Positions 24,091 through 38,320 of a stretch of 64,000 nt of DNA are shown here, in pieces. The notes below the pieces were generated by a model. The model saw only the letters and a list, made by a program, of their open reading frames with translations, was not told where the DNA came from and did not search any database. Numbering within the stretch: the stretch's first letter is position 1; each line of letters opens with the position of its first letter. Location of the stretch: contig JAAILG010000056.1 in NCBI GenBank assembly GCA_012026655.1, positions 62,001-126,000 on the forward strand, given 5' to 3'. The position numbers and the translations under genes are program-made. Source of the stretch: Hydrolagus affinis. Its lineage: Eukaryota.

Positions 24091-24804
24091 TACTTATAGT
24101 TTCCTTGCCTTTGAGCCCCTGAGCTCCATTAAGCCCACCCAAACCACCACCATCGAGCCTCCCAAAATTCACCTATGCCTTAACCTAGGAGTCTCCAACC
24201 GATCGGCTGTTATTCGGTGAAGTTCATGAGCATAATCAAATAGACGAGGGAGGATTGGTCCAACTGGTAGTTATTTTAAAACGCAGCCAGACACACAAAA
24301 CATTTCATTCTTCACAAAATAAAAAATATACGCTTTTTATTGATTAAACTGCGGTAAATATCGTTCCTTCCCCTTGGTATTTTTGAATATGTAGACTTCC
24401 GCATCAGCCACCACCAGCCAGTTATTTTATCCTTTTCTCAACTCCACTGCACTGGCTCTCTGTCCCTCAGTGGCTTGAGTTAGAGACCCTTGTTCTTACT
24501 TTTAAATACCTCCGTGGCCTCAACACTAAAAGGTCTCACCTCGACGAGCACAAAATAAAACTAAATAATGGTAACGTGAAATCCAATTCATCCTGAACTC
24601 AAGCTTTAAAACCTTCCCTTTTTTAAGTAATAAAAAAACTGTATGTGTTCACTTAAAACCTCAGGTGCACAGGTCATTTAAATTGGAATCAAAGTATGAC
24701 GTGTACAGGATTTTGTAATGAGTACAATCATTTGTAATCTATTTCCATTCTTTTCGAAGCCTGGCTGAGCTATATCCTTTATCATCGTCAAGCGGACTAT
24801 TGTA

Positions 24805-25000
24805 ATGACAACAACAACTTGCCTTTATGTAGCGCCCTCCACACCGGGCGGTGTCTCACAGCGCTTAACAATGGCGGAGGCTGAGCCAGGGGCAGGTGAC
24901 CCTAAGCACGGTCGAAGAGAAAGGTCTTCAGGTGCGACCTGAAGATGGGGGAAAAAAGGGGTTGAGGGAGAGAGTTCCACAGATTCGGGGCACATTGTCT
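24805..25000 (-). mobile_element. L2 LINE 3' end, second family
   Basis: acaacaacaacttgcctttatgtagcgccctcc...cagcgcttaaca...gaaaggtcttcaggtgcgacctgaag...gagttccacaga (reverse strand encodes LWNSL and FRSHLKT). Confidence 0.8.
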
Positions 25001-26597
25001 GAAATGGTGTTGCACAGCAACAATTGGGATGATTACATGATCTCTGCATAAATACCCCACAATATTTGCGGGCTAAATCACATTGTCGTTTCTCTGGAAG
25101 AGATGCCAATGTTTGGGTCTCAGTAGTATTTTACACTGTTGTGGCCACTTTTCCCTCTGCTGTGTTTAAATCACAGTTCTATTCCTGTATTGCTATAATT
25201 GCATATTCCAAAAATACCCAATAAGGCAGCCCGTCAGTATAACCCTGTCTGGTATCCCGTGACCTCTGATATAACACACATTGTTTTATTGCTCCTCCAT
25301 TAATAGAGAAACCTTATAAAACGCTCGCGGCTACATTTTGTTCAAGGCTTAGCTTCTGCTTCTAGGCATGCGTGATGTTTACTGCAGTAAAAGAGTTAAT
25401 CAGAGCTCCGGCATTAACGGCATACATGCTGAAAGAAGAATAAAAGGCAGTGTTATGAGTGACGCCAGTCTTGTCCTTTAAGAAACAGGAGTTCAGTCGT
25501 GCTTTTATTTGTACATTTCAGTGTACATTTTTTTTTGTTACATAAAGAAAATATGCAGAGGTCATAACTGAGGCAGGGATGGATGAAATCAAACCTCTGA
25601 AATCCAGTACGATTGAGCTGATTTCTTGAACTTTGAATTAGTACCATTGCAAACCAGATCCATCTCGGGGGGTTGGCTTCACGCAGCCATTGATTAGGAA
25701 GCATTCCAGTGTAACCTGCTCTGGACTTGATCCAGAATCACCATACACACCCTCCCCTCCCTACTGCAAAAACAACAACAACAACACTACATTTATAGAG
25801 CACCTTTCACATTGGGAGGGCATCCCAAGGCTCTGGACTATGCTGTACACTACATTGTGCAGCTTACTCTGGGAAAATCTAGCACCAAGAGGTAACTCCA
25901 ACACTGATCAACATGTGACTTATAATTCAGTACAGGTGACGGTATGGGGTTTTAGTATAATCATTTCATTAGCTTTCATGAGGGCTGGCATTTCCCACTT
26001 AGTGTTTTTCTGGAGCCACCGCTAATACATATTAGCATTTTTTTTAAAAAAGAGAGAGAGAGACGAGTTTTCACAAAGAGGCTTTGCTGCGATAATTAGA
26101 AAAATATTCAGAAAAATTGACAATAATTCAATCCGTACTCAGGAGGCCGTATTTTCCTTTTCCCAATTAGTCAGAGTGACATCCTCTGAATTGGTAATAG
26201 TTTTGACTTAAACTGTGCTGTGTAAACATCACGGATTTTGGGGGGATTTGCGCACAGTGCCCCTCGCGCCCACCACATGAATTCTACACTGGCGGAACGC
26301 TAGGAACAAGAGTGAATTTGCGGCACGCTGATCAAAAAAACGACTTCAATTCCCTGTGAAAATTGAGCTTTTGTCAAATTCAGCTTTGAATCGAATTTGC
26401 ATCTTTTTTTCCAGTAGGATTCCTCCTGAAATAATGCAACTAATTCTGGTGCTGTGCCCTTGCACTAGCTACATTAGAGGAGGTTGACTGCTCTTGCTTA
26501 CGGATCACTTTTGAGTGACCTGTTTAGAAAATTGCTAATAATTACTCCTGTGAATTATTGCATTGACTAGCCCCGCGATCCATTCTCAGCAAGGACA

Positions 26598-26640
26598 TCT
26601 CTCTCTCTCCCTCTCTCTCTTCCTCCCTCCCTCCCTCCCT
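26598..26640. repeat. (CT)n/(CCCT)n pyrimidine tract
   Basis: Direct reading. Confidence 0.9.
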
Positions 26641-26843
26641 TTCTTTATACTGTAAAAGCAAAAAGGTCACTTCTTGCCTTATTTTAATTAGTTAGTGTGG
26701 AAAATGGTATGTTTTTTCATCAGTTCATTTTGAAGATTAGTTCTGAAATGATAATGCTAAGAATAGACTGTGCACCGTTGGATTTATTGGCAAGTTTTGA
26801 TCCGAAAGGTCAGATGAACATTGATAAAGAGCACATGACCCAA

Positions 26844-26845
<2 letters not shown>

Positions 26846-26877
<32 letters not shown>
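26846..26877. repeat. (AT)n microsatellite about 110 nt upstream of exon B
   Basis: Direct reading. Confidence 0.97.
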
Positions 26878-26880
<3 letters not shown>

Positions 26881-26985
26881 CAAATTACGGCTCACAAACA
26901 GCGACTGCAAAAAAAATGCTTTTATTCTACAAAAAAAATGTTTTATTTTCCCCTCCGCATTAACTACTCTAACCTTTCCCAATAG

Positions 26986-27165
<180 letters not shown>

Positions 27166-29366
27166 TAGTGAAGACTTTCCAGTGGCCTCCTAGCATTGTT
27201 TCCTTTCTGTTTTCTAATTCAGAGCAGCTTACGCATCAGCTGCAGTTCAGTGTGCATTAATGACTTGGGGATGCAGGCGTCGAGATGGACAAAGAAATGA
27301 TTATTGTGTACTCAAAAAGAAGTTCAAAGCCAGATGGGCAAATTTCATTTATTCCCCCCCCACTCATCTTTTTCTCTCTCCCCACCACCCACTCCCCCGA
27401 TACACATTTTTAGCGCATCTAAATTAGACCAATTTTTTAAAAAAAATCTTAACATCTGAGCGGATTCTTCAAAGTTGCGGCTCTCTAATTAATGAACTGT
27501 GAGCCAAAGTTTGGACAAGTCGCAGTTTGATGCCCTCATAAATCAACGTGACAGGCTGGCTTCTCCTGCTCAGACAGCACTTGCCATTGAGTCAGATCAG
27601 ATGTAAACACACGATAAAAAAAAATGAGAATCTGAAGGAGGTGCAATTGATTTGCAGAATTGGTGGAAAAACCAACTTTTGAAGCACATTATATATGATC
27701 ACAGGAAATGGCTGTAACCTCGAGAGATTTTCCCCCCTTTTTTTAAATAGAATTTCTAACAGCCTTCAAAAGTGGAATAGGAATTACTTAGCTTCTCTCC
27801 TGTGGTTTACAGGCCGTAACCCCCTGTTGTTTCTTTGTGTAGCTTTTAACAGCATCAAAAGTTTTTTTTAAGATCCTTACCACTATATTTGAAGCCCAAC
27901 AATTGAAAGACTGTCAGTGTCATTCTTATCAGATGTAAGGGATTGTGTTTTTGTTTCTTCCCAATGCCGCATCTTATTAACCTTTAATTTGGTCTAATAT
28001 GTTCAGTCTCGTACTGCTATGCAGATGTCCTGCGAGAACACACGTCAACGAAAAATTCAGATGGGACTGGAAAAATATGTCAGGAAACATTTTGAGTGCT
28101 TCAGATGCAGCTGTAGATGTAAAGGGTTACTTTTTGTGAGCCTCCTAGAGCAATTACATAGCTGACAATTTACATAAGAGCAATGGGGAGTAACCCAGGG
28201 AAGGAAAGTGGACCTTTGACAACCATTTGAGGGGAGGGAAGTGAGGTACAAGTTTATCTGGATATTTCAGTATTTTAACACTGATTACTGACCTGACAAC
28301 AGAACTGTGTGGAGACCTTTTTTGTATGCATTCAATTGCAAGAAGTAAACAAACTGGGTTGTATCCTGTGTTTGATAACTGGGTGGGGAGTTCATTTTGG
28401 CAGCATGTTTGGTGCTTTTAAATTCTTTGCTCTGACAATGGGGTCTTGTATACTTTTATATCCTGACTGATCATTTGTAAAACACTGGATTTGATTCCCT
28501 CCCTCCCTTCCCAACTGAACGTTTGTGTCATTCCAGGCAAACACTGAATGAGAGTGAGGAGATTAGTTTTTCTAATGTGGTACAATCTGAGATGCTAAAA
28601 AGATGCCACATTAGTGTAACTAACACTTTAATTGACTTTCCAGAATTGTTAGGGATGATTTGGATAACATAATCAGAATTCATTATGATTTACAGTAGAT
28701 TCTAAACGTTAGATAATCTCCTTCCATCTATTGTGGTAACGGCACTGCTTTTTATTAGTTTATCAATCAGATAATTATTCTAGGAAATCTGCATAAAAGT
28801 TTTGTCTGCATTTGGCCAATTTTCTAAATGACTGTATATAATTTCTCAGCTTTTCTATAAGCCACTGCTGACATTGTTTAGCCTCTTAGTGCAATAAATT
28901 ATCTCTTCATCAAACACTCGGTTCCTTTCAAAACAAGGGAAGCTGAAAACTGTCAGTACATCTCATTTCCCCCCGCAAATTAAGGATACAATCGAGTTTA
29001 TCAAATTTACTGCAGATATTTAGACTCTTAAATGGTTAGTGATTTTAATGGAGAGTCCTCTTTCAGCCAGCATTTATTTTTGTTTTTTTTTAAGGATGGG
29101 CTAACAAGGGGAAAGTTTAGAAATTAATATTTTTATTGAGTCAACAAACATTTTTTTTAATATGCTGGTGAGGAGATCAAAGTTCCATAACATGGCTTAC
29201 TGCTAAATCCTCACTTTACAAAAACAACAAAATTACACTTGTATAGTGCCTTTCGTGTCAGGAGATCTTCCCAAGGCATGTGTCTTCAGTGTATAGTTTT
29301 TGCATCACAACTAGTCACTCGACGGAACAATTTGATAACCTTTACTGTCAACTGGAACATTGCTGT

Positions 29367-29466
29367 NNNNNNNNNNNNNNNNNNNNNNNNNNNNNNNNNN
29401 NNNNNNNNNNNNNNNNNNNNNNNNNNNNNNNNNNNNNNNNNNNNNNNNNNNNNNNNNNNNNNNNNN
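29367..29466. other. Assembly gap (100 N)
   Basis: Run of N. Confidence 1.
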
Positions 29467-31504
29467 ATGACAAAAGGACAGGAATGCTGTTTTCCCAATG
29501 TAATCCCAATAACTAGCATCTCGGTTTACATCTCTGCTGCTTGGTGTGAATTTCTTGTTGTTTTTGCTAACTCTGTGAATCACACTTCAACATTTATTGC
29601 ATAGTTCTTGGTTTCCTAATTGTTGGAAGAACTGTTTTGTAAAACAATCTGCGTTACTATCTTGAAATTAGCTTTGCCTCCTACTCTTTCTCTTGAAGTT
29701 TGTTGTTTCACGTGCAAGATTTCAACCCTAGAGCACACGAGAGAAACTGCATGCATGCTTCAGTTGCATTTAAGAATTTTATGTGGAACTCCCCTCAGCT
29801 ATTTCCTACACTGCAGCATGTGACTTCCTTGGTTTGCAAGATCCACACCTATTTGGTTCTGTTTCTCCCATCCTATACATATTGCCCCTTTATAACTGTT
29901 CAACAGTTTTATCAGTTTTCGAGTGTTGCCAAAGCATATTCTCCAGATAAAGCACAAACTAGTCTTTCTGCAGGTTCTGACTTTATGTCTAGTCCCAAGA
30001 AATGTTTTTTTTTCATGCAAGCTGAGGAATAACTGAAATTTGTCAGATTATTTCGATTCTGAATAAACAAATTGGATGATTTGTGCACCCACAAAACACA
30101 CAGTAACTGCACTCTACAGCAAATCCTGTGAAGCACTTTGGAACATCCTGCTGACAGTGTCAGAATCTGAAATTTCTCCCTATCCTTGAAGGACTGCAAT
30201 TGTAACTTGGGCTCCCTTTCTGCAGCTCTTCAATTCCATTCTACACCCCCTTTTGAGGGATGTTTTCTTTAATATATTAATATAATATAAAAATAATAAT
30301 GATTGCATTAATTGTTGTGACTTTCATATTGGATGGATGTCATAAAGCGCTTCACAGAATGTTACTGTATGGTGTGGTGGGGAGAATTTGGAATTTGCCC
30401 CTTCTTTACTGCTTCGATTGTATTGTGTACCCTCTTCTGAGGGATGTTGTCTCGTGCTTTGTGCTGCTGAACACTGGTCCATGACTTTCACAGCAAATGG
30501 GAGGAGGCCAGTTTTGAAGAGATTGCTGAAATGTTCAGTCTGTTTGTAAACCGCGTCACCTTTCCTGTCGATTTGGCCATTGGCAACCTTTGGGTCCTCA
30601 CGCGCGGCATTTCACTCCCCAATTCCAGCGTTTATGCAGGAAAGCAAAAATGGTCTTTACACTTGAGTGACTGAAATAAATGCAAAGTGTTCCTATTCCA
30701 GATCCCAGAATCCCTGAAGTGTCAATCAATTGGTAAGGAGATTGGTTGTATGTATTTCCTAATTCCTTCTGATTCCACTGGTTTGGTAGACAAGTAAGAC
30801 AGAACATGAATAATCTGTAATGCTCCCAAGTGATCCTGACAGCCATGTTCCCAGTACCTGTTCTCAGTGTCGGACAGACCACAAACGTTTTCTTCCAAAG
30901 GGATATATTTTCTCTCTCAACGTTTGAGAGAAGTGGAGCGTCTGGTGTTCCCAACCAGCCAGCGCCAGGCTGACAGTCAGCCTGTTGAATATGCCACAAT
31001 CCGAACACTTTTGGTTAGAGATGAACAAGAAGGAAATTTTCAATTTGTTCTTTTGATTAGAATTAAATCGGAAGAAACGTGTTGACAAAATTCACCTCCT
31101 GTCCTATTCTGCGTGGATTCTCTATGATTCTGGGCTATTTACTTAACCTGGTAGTCTGTACACCAAAGCCCAGTTCAGATGTACGTGTGTGTGTATGTGT
31201 TAAGTTGTTTCAGTTTTCAGTGCCTCATTACAAGGTTCTGTGGGTGCTATTGGAGCTGGTGATGAAGCTGTTGATCCTGAGTTGTTAGGTTGTGTTCCTC
31301 TCAATGCAGCCACACCGACAAAATATTTCCACACCTTAAATATCGCATTTCACATCTATTATTATACATTGGCTGCTCCCTGTCTTAGAAGGTCACCATC
31401 CTTGTGGTTATGATCTTAGCGAATCGAAGTCTTCCTTATCTCTAGATTTTCAGTGACGGGGTAATCCTCCAGCACAACTAGACTCTCAAGTTCTCTCTTA
31501 TCGC

Positions 31505-31620
31505 TCTTCGATTATAATAAAAACAAAATACTGCAAATGCACAGCAGGTCGGTCAGCAGCTGGAAGAAAAAAATAGGTTAATGCCTCACGGGGGTGGCTA
31601 ATCATTCATCAGATGCTGTT
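31505..31620. mobile_element. Fragment resembling the abundant chondrichthyan Penelope-derived repeat
   Basis: aaaacaaaatactgcaaatgc-acagcaggtcggtcagcagctggaagaaaaaaataggttaatg matches the pattern I recall for this repeat; not verified by search. Confidence 0.5.
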
Positions 31621-32289
31621 TTTTTTTTAGCGTAGACTGTTTTCGTTTCAAATTGCCACCACCTCTTTGCGTTTACTTTTCCTCTTCGTTCTTCCATTCT
31701 TTGCTTGCTTCTTGCGGACAATGAAGTAGAGCACAAATTTATTTCCCTGCGACATCGCACTCAGAATGTGTTTTGGGCCTGCGTACGAACACATTTTTCA
31801 GCAACCACAAAAAAGACAGATTTTCTTCAAGGGGTCACTGTTTGAGGAGTCACTTCGAGCAGTAGGGCATTGCTTTACAGAAAGCCTCATTTTATAACTC
31901 CCTATTTTCTTACTGCTTTGGTCAGGGATATTTAAAAAAAATCATAAGACCTGATTTCACAGTTCACTGCATAATATCTAGCTTTCTGTCAATTTATGTT
32001 TCTCACTTGCTATTGATTTAGAATTTGTGTTTCAAAATTAAATTAAAAGCCCCCTTTTTTTAATGGTAGAAAACGTTTTTTACCCGATTCAAATTAATGT
32101 ATTCAAATTCTGATCACGAGATGGTAAGCAAATTAAAACTCAAACAGAAAAGCTTGATTTGGAAACGGTGGAATAGTTTAACAAAAACCTAAATGGAATT
32201 ACACAAGCTACATTCTGTATTAATGACTGCAATTACTAGTAGACCTGTTGCATTGCAAATTTCACTCTTCCAGTTGTACTACGTCTTTG

Positions 32290-32550
32290 CATTTTTAAAT
32301 TGTAGCTTAACACCATTGAAACGTTTTCAAGGCACATCAGAGTATTCTGTAAAGTGCAGTGACTCAGTATTTCTGGACTAAATTGGCTCATTTAGACACA
32401 GCAATGGCCCACAAACAGCTGCGAATGGAGTGACCAATTTTTAACTGGCGGACATGACTAGCACTCCCCCACCACTACACTGTTGTGGCAGCCTCATGTT
32501 GATCAGAGTCCTGACGTGGGCTTTAACCCACAACCTCCTGAATCAAAGGC
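32290..32550 (-). mobile_element. Older Deu-domain SINE, internally deleted
   Basis: cacagcaatggcccacaaacagc...gagtgaccaatttt...gcactcccccaccactacactg...gggctttaacccacaacctcctgaatcaaaggc. Confidence 0.65.
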
Positions 32551-33804
32551 ATCACTCGATGTAGGGCTTGCGTAGGGAGTTATTTTGCTTTGTTTTTACT
32601 ATTATACACAGTTCTGCTACCCGCTCCAGATCATTTGCCTTTGGTTGAATTCAAATTCTTATGCTGAAACTTAGTTACAGCTAACTTTATTTAGAGAATC
32701 TGAAGTGGCCACTGGCAGTTTAATAACCAATAAGGGTCATCCAATGGGTATAAATTTAATTAAGTTCAAAAAATTCTAGTTCCACCAGCTACAGTGAAAA
32801 TGAAACTAAGCCATGTAGACTCTGATTTGATTCTGAAATCACTTCCAGGAGATGGTTTTTGGAAGGGTGATTTGGCAGCCAATTGTTGCCATTTTATTTG
32901 GCGTTCCTCTGAACTTTGTGTTGGTTTTATACTGAAGCCACAAACTCAGTGGCTTCTTATTGTGCTGCACAACGGGGTCACTTTTGAGTTGTGGAGCAAA
33001 ACAGCTGGCTCAATGGTGGAGAAACCAAATGGTGGTTTTTTAATCAGTTGCATAGTTAAGTCAATTAATGGAGAGAAAACCAAAACTCCTAAAAGTGAAA
33101 TTGATAAATATAAGAACACACTATACACTCAATCAATATCAGGGCTTTCTGAAACGAAATGACATATTGGGACACCAATATTCGAGTCAGATGCTGTTTG
33201 CTAAATTATAAATGTCTGTAATTAAAATCCAGGGGCTGTTTCTATGAATGATTTAGTATGTTATTTCATGTTTTGTCATGCCTGATTAACAACATTAAAT
33301 GAACCTTTTCTTCAGTTCTTTGACTTTTCCATTTAGTTTTAAAGAGATATTGTCAAAAGAATATTTTGTGGGGAGGCTTGCAAGACAGACCTCATTTCAT
33401 CAGCTGTCTTTCCACAAAGTGTATGTTCATGGCCCATGGGATACTCTGAATAGGTTGGAAATATTTTGGAAAACTTTTTAAACTCCTTAAAAGATTTTTA
33501 CTGCAGAATTTATGGCAGGGCAAATTAGACTGCCATTTTAGTCCTTTACCTCCAGCCCTGGATCGACCATGTTTTACTTAGAAGAATTTTTCTTATAAAA
33601 TTCTTCATAGTGTGGTGTGCTCCTTTCTCAGGTCTGAACTCACCCCCGTTTGGTCTCTCTCCTGTTAAGCTCAACCTTATTGTTTGTCATTTTATTTTAC
33701 GATTATTTTAGTTTCTGTTAAGAGGGCACGGCTCGTGGGCAAAATGGATTGATATCGCACGATGAATCATTAATCCCAAATATTTCCGCCTTTTCTTATT
33801 TTAG

Positions 33805-33958
33805 CAACAGCAGCCATTGTCTCACCAGTTAGCTCTGCAGCAGCAACTTTTACAAGTGCAGCAACTTCAGCAGCAACACATTATGACATTGCAGCGTCAA
33901 GGCTTGCTCACAGTTCAGCAAGGACAGCCGACTCTCTCTCTGCAAACACTGGCACAAG
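33805..33958 (+). CDS. FOXP1: FOXP1 coding exon C (154 nt): [51 protein letters not shown](G)
   Basis: Acceptor ttttcttattttag|CAA, donor AAG|gtaggt; in-frame alternative AGs at 33809-33810 and 33812-33813. Confidence 0.94.
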
Positions 33959-35987
33959 GTAGGTGCTCAAGCCCGACATGGGTCCTTTTCTCAAGCGAGC
34001 CTGTGTATCGGTCGGTGCAAATGGGGGCTGCAAAGCCACAGCAGTTAAGTTGTTCAGGAGAGGGCAATTGAGCAATGACAGGGCACACCAGCGTATAATA
34101 TGAAAGCTATGAGTGTGACGATGCATGAAGTGTAATCTGTGCAGCAACACATCAGGGACACCCTTAGGTAATTCAGCGGCCATGTCATTGATTGATTTGA
34201 ATAGTTGTATGTTATAGCTAGCTGTTCCTGTGGTGTTTAAGGAGCATATTTAAAGCCTAAGGGTGTCTATCTGTGAGCCATTGACGAAATAACCTAAACA
34301 GAGTTGCTTCAGAGCTACAGTTCTAGTGGTGCAGTAAACTAATAGTGGTGACATCTGTCCCTATGGAACCGGGGTCTTTGGAAAGCAACTGAGAGTTTTG
34401 GGCAGGCAGAAATACAAAGCAATTTTTTATCACTGTGATAATAGCCCAAAACTGATGTCATTATGAACCTTAAATCAACTTTATGCTTGCTTGAACATGG
34501 TCACCTGGGTATAGAGGTACAAGGACGAAAAAGGTTGAGCAACTGTGTTTGTCTTTCAGCCAGTACTACCTGGGATTGGGAAATTGAGTTCTATGAGTAG
34601 CAATCAATCACGTTTTCCAACAACACACATTTTTCAAAGTAGTGTCCATTTTTTTTTCATAATGAAGAAACAGCGTTGAGTGTGCTTAAAAGCAAATGAA
34701 ACGTATCTCAGATCCATCGGAGAGAATCCTTTCAGCCTAATCTGGTTAAAGCACCAGGCCCATTGGCCCACCTGCTGTATCTGTGGGTTAGGATCAGACT
34801 GTGTCCGTTCACTTTCTTTTTTTTGTTTCAACTGTTTTGAGCAGTGGCCTTCAGGTCAGCAGAGGTAGGTAGTGGGTAATTGTTGTCGTGCAGGCGGCTT
34901 TGTTCAGCCCAGGCTGCTATAAATAAATACATCCAACATCTTCTCTTGCAGAAGGTGTTTGGAAATGGCAGGAGGGTGCAAGGAAATAGGACAGTTCTGC
35001 ATGGTGTTTTGCTCTGACCTTCTTCCTGATAGATTTGCCAGTCATTATTACAGCCTGTGAGAATCCAGGAAGGTTGTTCCACTGTCCTGCTATAATTTGC
35101 CGTTCTTTGATATGCAAACGATCTGCTGAGAATATGTAAAAATCCTATCAGTCTCATTTCACACTTCTTAACCACTTAGACTCTCTGGAGTCTATTGCCT
35201 TATTAGACCTACACTGTCCAATGCTACCGTAATTAAAATCTTTAGCAGTAGTTTAGTAAAGTAAAGATGTTTTGGCTGATCACTTTGAGATTATTATCTA
35301 ATTCCTGCACCCAAAATGAAAGTAATAAATTAGATTCTGACCCTAGTATTCTTACTGATCTGAAATGCTTGAATATTTAATTGTGATTTGTAATTAAAAT
35401 ATAGTTACAACCACAGGTTTTTACTTTCTGCTTTGAAATTTCCACATTGGCTTTCAGAATGAAATAAAATTTTAATGATAAAGACAGGTGATTAAAAAAT
35501 AATTACTGACATAATATTCTAATTTTGTAGTAAAATTGTAAAAGGCCTTTGAATATGGTTTAAATGAACCCGTTGCGTTTACAGCACATTATTTTAAATT
35601 GTACTTTTTATATTTAAAGATGAATGTGTTTTGCCGTTAATACATTGCAAACTATCTGCAGTAATAACTCGAAGTGCTTTGATTTCAATAGCAGAGTGAA
35701 TATGCAGAGAAGCCTTAGTCGTGTTGCAATTCATGGTAAAATAAGCAGATCAATTATTAGACATCTGAAGAATTTACTTTTAATTATCAACACTAACCGA
35801 ATATTCACTGGGTTACATTATGTCTTGTTGCAAGTATTGTGGCACGTAGGAATATTGTTAAGGATTGTCTAATTAACATCAGACCTTGTTTACATACACT
35901 TTGGTTTTTAATTAGCGTGTGAAGAGGGTTTAGTCTATTCTACATGGATCTGATTATATAATGTGGGGCTATTGCTGTTTGACACAG

Positions 35988-36186
35988 GCATGACTCCAAC
36001 AGAATTGCAGCAGCTGTGGAAGGAAGTGACTGGAGCTCACATAATGGAAGAAATTATAACCAAAAATGGCAGCCTAGATCTTTCCACAAGCTCAATTTGT
36101 TCTCCCTCAACAGCAACACCTAAGACCTCACTACCGGGATCCCTGATGAACGGACAGTCCACTCTTCACACTCCAAAAAGGGAAGG
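35988..36186 (+). CDS. FOXP1: FOXP1 coding exon D (199 nt): (G)[65 protein letters not shown](G)
   Basis: Acceptor gacacag|GC, donor AGG|gtaggt; [10 protein letters not shown] and SLDLS motifs typical of FOXP; phase 1 in, phase 2 out fits neighbours. Confidence 0.95.
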
Positions 36187-36809
36187 GTAGGTACCAGCCG
36201 AGATGTGATTTGTCCGCAATGATCCAACTCATTTGTTTTACCTTACGAAACCCTTTTTATAGCCCGCGCTTTCAAATGACGAAACGTCCACCGTTCATCA
36301 TCACCCATTATGGGTAACAATGCCTGTATTTCCTTTTTATGTGTAGAAAAGTCAAACCTCAGAAGGATTCTGTGGGAAAGCAGCCGTGCAGCGATAATGG
36401 GAGATTCTGAACAGAGTATTATTTGGGGACAAAGAACACCCAGTGTTTTTGTAACATGGCCGTTGGCCCCAATCTGATCGCTACACTTGCTTGCTTTTCA
36501 AGTTGGGAGGAATGCACCCTTTTAGTTGCAAAATTCACAACAAAAAAGATCCTGGAGATAAACTGTGTGCTGGTTCTTACTGCTGTTTTTTTTAAAAAAA
36601 AGAAATTTGTACTTTTCAGCGCCTAGTAGCACCTAGCACCAATTCCCATTTTGCAAACGCAACCATTTCACGCCACCCTCAGGTGACAGTTCCAAGTAGT
36701 ATTTGAGATGAGAAAAATGGTACGGGTGAATATTGCCAAAAAACCTTCAAACGACAACAAAATGACATTTATAGAGCGTCTTTCACGTCGGGAGGACAAA
36801 AGAAACCTT

Positions 36810-36930
36810 TTGCCCACAAAATATACAGTCAATTCACTTTACAGTTTCTTCTTTGAAGTGCTTTAGTATGTCTAGAAGACGTGGAAAGCGCTATATCAAA
36901 TGTAAGGATCACTGTTATTATTCTTATTAT
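36810..36930 (+). mobile_element. Young SINE 3' tail fragment, abutting an antisense L2 tail (36750-36797)
   Basis: gcccacaaaatatacagtcaattcactttacag...tctagaagacgtggaaagcgctatatcaaatgtaagg. Confidence 0.82.
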
Positions 36931-37887
36931 TAAAAGACTTTAATTCCCACATGTTGTCCAATGAATATACCTCTAAATCTTATTTAATAAAGATTTTTTA
37001 AAGAAATAGATTATATTTTAAGATCTTCATCATAAATTGATCTTTCCTGTGCTTCTCAAACTCGAACTACAGAATATGCTAATTTGTTACTTCCCTGCTC
37101 TCCCCCTCCCTTCCCAACCACTCCTTTTCCACGATAGTGTTCAGTGAGCAGCAAACACTGCTGAAAGCTGATGCTCAGTAGGAAATCCTGCTTCACCGCC
37201 ACACTCTTTCCGATGGCTCAGTTGGCAATGTGTTTATCCCAGGTGTACAAGTCTCAGTTCAACATCCAGTCTGTTCTGAGTTAGCTGGTCTGAGTTACCT
37301 TGTTGAAGTAACGATTAAAGTGTTACAGTCTGAGGTGGACTTGGGTGTAACACCCACTGCTGTGTATGCCAACGGCTATTTCTTTGAGATAGACAAATAC
37401 TGCCAACACCTGAAGCTATATGTAGTTCAGTAAAAGTCTGAGGAAGAACAGAAAACATAAAGAAACAAACATTAAAAATTATCGCATATCCATAAAAATT
37501 AGCAAAGGATGTAGTCCAGACAGTATCTCGGAAAGGGATTTTTTCAAATTAAAAGAAATGTATTTTTTCTCCTTTTTTTTCCCCGGCCAAACAAAATTGA
37601 AGCCGGGTATATTTTTGGGTTTGGTTACAAATGCAGTAGATTCCCCTGGAGTGATCCATTAAAGATCTCAGTGCCACAGATCTTTTGATGTGGAGTTGTA
37701 ATGGAATTCCCCGTTCAGAGTCGTGCGTCTCACCCCAAACATTGCGATTCGTGAGCGGAGCAACTAACTCCCTTTGTTTTTCTTGTCGGGTCATAAATAT
37801 TTTCAAACCTCATAACCCCTCATTTGTTTTTGCGTGCGTTCAAGCATGTTGGCTTCCTTTTTCTGAATGAAATGCTCAAACTATCTC

Positions 37888-38000
37888 AATAATAATAAAT
37901 AATAATCTTTGCATCTGATAGCGCCTTTCACATCTTCTCAAACGCTTCGCAGAATATACTGTAATGTAAAGAGAATTGAATGTATATTTGTGGGCGAAAA
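37888..38000 (-). mobile_element. Young SINE 3' tail fragment
   Basis: aataataatctttgcatctgatagcgcctttcacatc...aaacgcttcgcagaatatactgta...tgtatatttgtgggcgaaa. Confidence 0.8.
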
Positions 38001-38289
38001 ACATAGTAATTATGGAATCGGAAGAATATTTTAGCACAGAGAGGAGGAGATCATGCTCTCAGAAAGAGCAAAGAGCTATTCAGTGCAATATTGGTTGCAT
38101 AATGTAATGAAATTTAGATCAGAACATGTTTTTATTTCATAAGCGAAACGAAAACCGTTTGAGTCTCTTGTTATTACTGTTACCACAGCCTAACAGTAAC
38201 CCAATAAAGGGAGTGTGCCTCCTACCCTTTTTGGTTAATGTCCCAAATATGGAAATGATTCCCAGATGAAAGCTTGGTTTGAGCCCCAA

Positions 38290-38290
<1 letters not shown>

Positions 38291-38318
<28 letters not shown>
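38291..38318. repeat. (CT)n microsatellite
   Basis: Direct reading. Confidence 0.97.
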
Positions 38319-38320
<2 letters not shown>

